A DNA stretch of 6,484 nt. Source: Methanocaldococcus jannaschii DSM 2661 (GTDB lineage: Archaea; AGJL01; Methanococci; Methanococcales; Methanocaldococcaceae). This document shows positions 4,558 to 6,484 of this stretch, one piece after another. The position numbers and the translations under genes are program-made. The stretch's first letter is position 1. Every line of letters begins with the position of its first letter. Location: NCBI RefSeq assembly GCF_000091665.1, contig NC_001732.1, forward strand, positions 1 to 6,484, in the 5' to 3' direction. The notes below the pieces were generated by a model. The model had not been told where the DNA came from. It was given only the letters and a program-made list of their open reading frames with translations, and ran no database searches.

Positions 4558-5796
4558 TCATTCTCCCAAAACTTCCCTCCCACTCTGGAAAAATAAGCTA
4601 AAATCCCTATTTTTCTCTGATATGTATTTTATCATGAATAAAATTTGCTTTTTAAATTCTTTTTTACTGATTTTCGCCTTATTATGAGCATCTTTCAAAT
4701 ACCTTGGATAACCAAGTTTAGAGTATGGAATAAGCAAACTTATAACTTCTTCAATTGATTTTTTGTTAGTTCTTGGAACTTCAAGTGCTAATATTGGACT
4801 GCTCTCGGCAAATCTAACATAAGTTTTAGGAATCATCTCAAAAGGATTTTCCCTGATAACTTCTAAAAATTTGAAATAATCTCCAAACACATCACAAATC
4901 TTGTTAATGTGCCTCCTACTCCTTTTTTTATTATAACAATCTTCCAATTTAAGAGTAGTGTATCCCCTCCCTCTAAATATTTGATTTAGAAGTGTAGCAT
5001 CAAGTAGGATATCAACATTTATGTTGTTTTCCTTTAATTTTTCTGTAATAATTGAATTCTCAAAATTTTTAGCTATGAATGTACAATCATACTCTAACAA
5101 TCTATTTAAAGAGTGTAGCAATTCTATATACTCAAAATATACTCCCCAACATGCAATTTCCAATCTAGAATTGAGAATATTTGCTGCAAATAACTCTTCC
5201 CTAATATCTTCAACATATTCAGAATACGTACTATCAAACTTTTGAAAAATCTTTATTGCTAAGAGAGTATTATCGTAAATATTCCCATCTAAATTCTCCA
5301 AAACTTCGTCCCAAAAATTATCCAATGATTTTATAAACTTCCAACCCAAATCTTCAGCTAAATCTGGATAAACAGTTAGAGGGTTAGTATCTCCACTTAA
5401 AAGTGGTGGCATTATTAAAGCCCCTGACAAAGTTCCATCTAAAAGGATTAAATCAACATTCTTGCTAACAAGTGTTGCAAGCCTATACTCTAAAGTCATC
5501 ATTAATCTTCTAACTCTATCCTCTTCTTTAAAAAATGGTAGAACACCCAATTCAAACATTCCCTTTTCAATATTCTTTCCAATAGCATAGGATGAGAGGC
5601 CATAAACAATACCACTACAGAATTCAACCTTCCCCCTACTACCATCTACCCCACATAATACCCCTTCAACACCTTTTGGCAACTCATTCCACACTACTTC
5701 ATCATTTATAATATTTCCAATACTGCTTATATTTTTAAACTCCCAATCCACAAAATTGTAAATTATATCCAAATGATTTTTACTAATAATAAACAT
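4558..5796 (-). CDS. nurA: NurA-family 5'-3' nuclease (412 aa from ATG 5796)
   Basis: The NurA-domain hallmarks are GVDGS (D54 of the tracked ORF, 5646-5644), the acidic E in MMTLEYRLA, and LILLDGTLSG (D123, 5439-5437). The gene lies immediately downstream of herA. I moved the start from the tracked 5805, which is a GTG lying inside the SD GGGGTGAT (5808-5801), to ATG 5796, which sits 4 nt after that SD. Confidence 0.85.
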   Translation of the reverse strand: MFIISKNHLDIIYNFVDWEFKNISSIGNIINDEVVWNELPKGVEGVLCGVDGSRGKVEFCSGIVYGLSSYAIGKNIEKGMFELGVLPFFKEEDRVRRLMMTLEYRLATLVSKNVDLILLDGTLSGALIMPPLLSGDTNPLTVYPDLAEDLGWKFIKSLDNFWDEVLENLDGNIYDNTLLAIKIFQKFDSTYSEYVEDIREELFAANILNSRLEIACWGVYFEYIELLHSLNRLLEYDCTFIAKNFENSIITEKLKENNINVDILLDATLLNQIFRGRGYTTLKLEDCYNKKRSRRHINKICDVFGDYFKFLEVIRENPFEMIPKTYVRFAESSPILALEVPRTNKKSIEEVISLLIPYSKLGYPRYLKDAHNKAKISKKEFKKQILFMIKYISEKNRDFSLFFQSGREVLGE

Positions 5797-5828
5797 TTTT
5801 ATCACCCCTAAACGTAAATTAAAGGTTT

Positions 5829-6484
5829 TTAAATTTTTAAATTTTTAAGACCATCTTCTCCTCCTAAAACTCCATCATATTTTTTAATTTTAACCAATGC
5901 TGGAAGTGGGAGTGAAGAACCAACTACTATTGCCTCTCCAGTTGATAATTGTGGTAAATCTTGAAGTAAATCCTCTCCAACATTCTCGGAACTCTCTAAA
6001 ATATATTTTTGGTCTGTTGGCTCTACAATTCTTAAAATTATCTTAGTATTCATTTGAGATAAGACTGTAGGATTCAATTCTTTAGGCCTCTGACTTACTA
6101 AACCCAATCCAACTCCAAATTTTCTTCCTTCTTTTGCAATTCTATTAATCCAATAACCAGACCTATCCTTCAAATTCTTTGCTGCAAAAAGGTGTGCTTC
6201 TTCTATAATTACTAATGTTGGTTTTTCAAGTGCTTTAATTTCAACTATCTCATCATGGACTGATTTAATTCTCTCTTTTAAAACTCTTTTTAAGAATTCT
6301 CCTACAATTGTTATTGCCTCCTCATCCTCAATCTTTTGAAGTGGGAGAACATTTATTTTATCACTCTTAATGTCAAACATTCCCTCATTCTCTCCCAAAA
6401 TATTTTTATTTTTGTTAATAAACCATCTCAACTTTTCAATAACTCTATTTATTGACATTTCATCATCTTTTTTTACAGTTTTAG
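5829..6484 (-). CDS. herA: HerA-type (DUF87/FtsK-like) hexameric ATPase, C-terminal part; the 5' end lies beyond the window
   Basis: Walker B is LVIIEEAH (E86 at 6203-6201). The stretch RIAKEGRKFGVGLGLVSQRP...VLSQMNTKIILRI...LSTGEAIVVG is the conserved HerA C-terminal core. The frame stays open upstream of the tracked Met 6458 to the window end (..KTVKKDDE-MSINR..), so the Walker A part is outside the window. The stop at 5829 is 32 nt before the nurA ATG. Confidence 0.85.
   Translation of the reverse strand, partial: KTVKKDDEMSINRVIEKLRWFINKNKNILGENEGMFDIKSDKINVLPLQKIEDEEAITIVGEFLKRVLKERIKSVHDEIVEIKALEKPTLVIIEEAHLFAAKNLKDRSGYWINRIAKEGRKFGVGLGLVSQRPKELNPTVLSQMNTKIILRIVEPTDQKYILESSENVGEDLLQDLPQLSTGEAIVVGSSLPLPALVKIKKYDGVLGGEDGLKNLKI

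Noticed and set aside
5021-5245. 74-aa plus-strand ORF
   Set aside because: It is antisense inside nurA and is a compositional shadow ORF.
5831-5848. Tandem AATTTTTA AATTTTTA at the herA 3' end
   Set aside because: It lies inside the coding sequence (encoding ..LKNLKI) and is a two-unit low-complexity repeat of no evident significance.
1-6484. tRNA, rRNA or other structured RNA genes
   Set aside because: In genomes this AT-rich, stable RNAs stand out as GC-rich islands, and none is visible by eye. This was not checked with tRNAscan or Infernal.

Overview
This is a strongly AT-rich window (by eye about 70% A+T, not computed) that looks archaeal. The Lys/Ile/Glu-rich proteins, GGAGGTGA-type ribosome-binding sites and gene content (archaeal ATPase/DUF234 paralog, HerA, NurA) suggest a Methanococcales (Methanocaldococcus-like) genome; this is inference only. 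Layout: (i) 178-1051 (+) holds a hypothetical gene that appears frame-broken near its 5' end, and its first 56 codons resemble a NucS/EndoMS N-terminal domain. (ii) 1082-1700 (-) holds two small translationally coupled hypothetical genes. (iii) 1934-3253 (+) encodes an AAA+ 'archaeal ATPase' with a wHTH and a C-terminal PD-(D/E)xK (DUF234-like) module. (iv) 3265-3723 (+) holds a small ORF overlapped by a twice-frameshifted, 3'-truncated GNAT-like pseudogene, which looks like a decayed toxin-antitoxin-like pair. (v) 3762-4509 carries three copies of a 26-bp palindrome. They bracket a 116-aa Cys-cluster/winged-helix gene and an untracked 46-codon single-pass membrane peptide gene, both on the minus strand. 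(vi) 4558-6484 (-) holds herA, which runs off the window edge, directly followed by nurA. I saw no rRNA, tRNA, CRISPR array, transposase or integrase. The most interesting candidate is the stand-alone herA-nurA pair (no mre11/rad50 in view) followed by the palindrome-delimited peptide and regulator genes. It sits among nuclease/ATPase genes and gene debris, a context that resembles an accessory or defence island. All family assignments come from motif recognition by eye; no database search was run.
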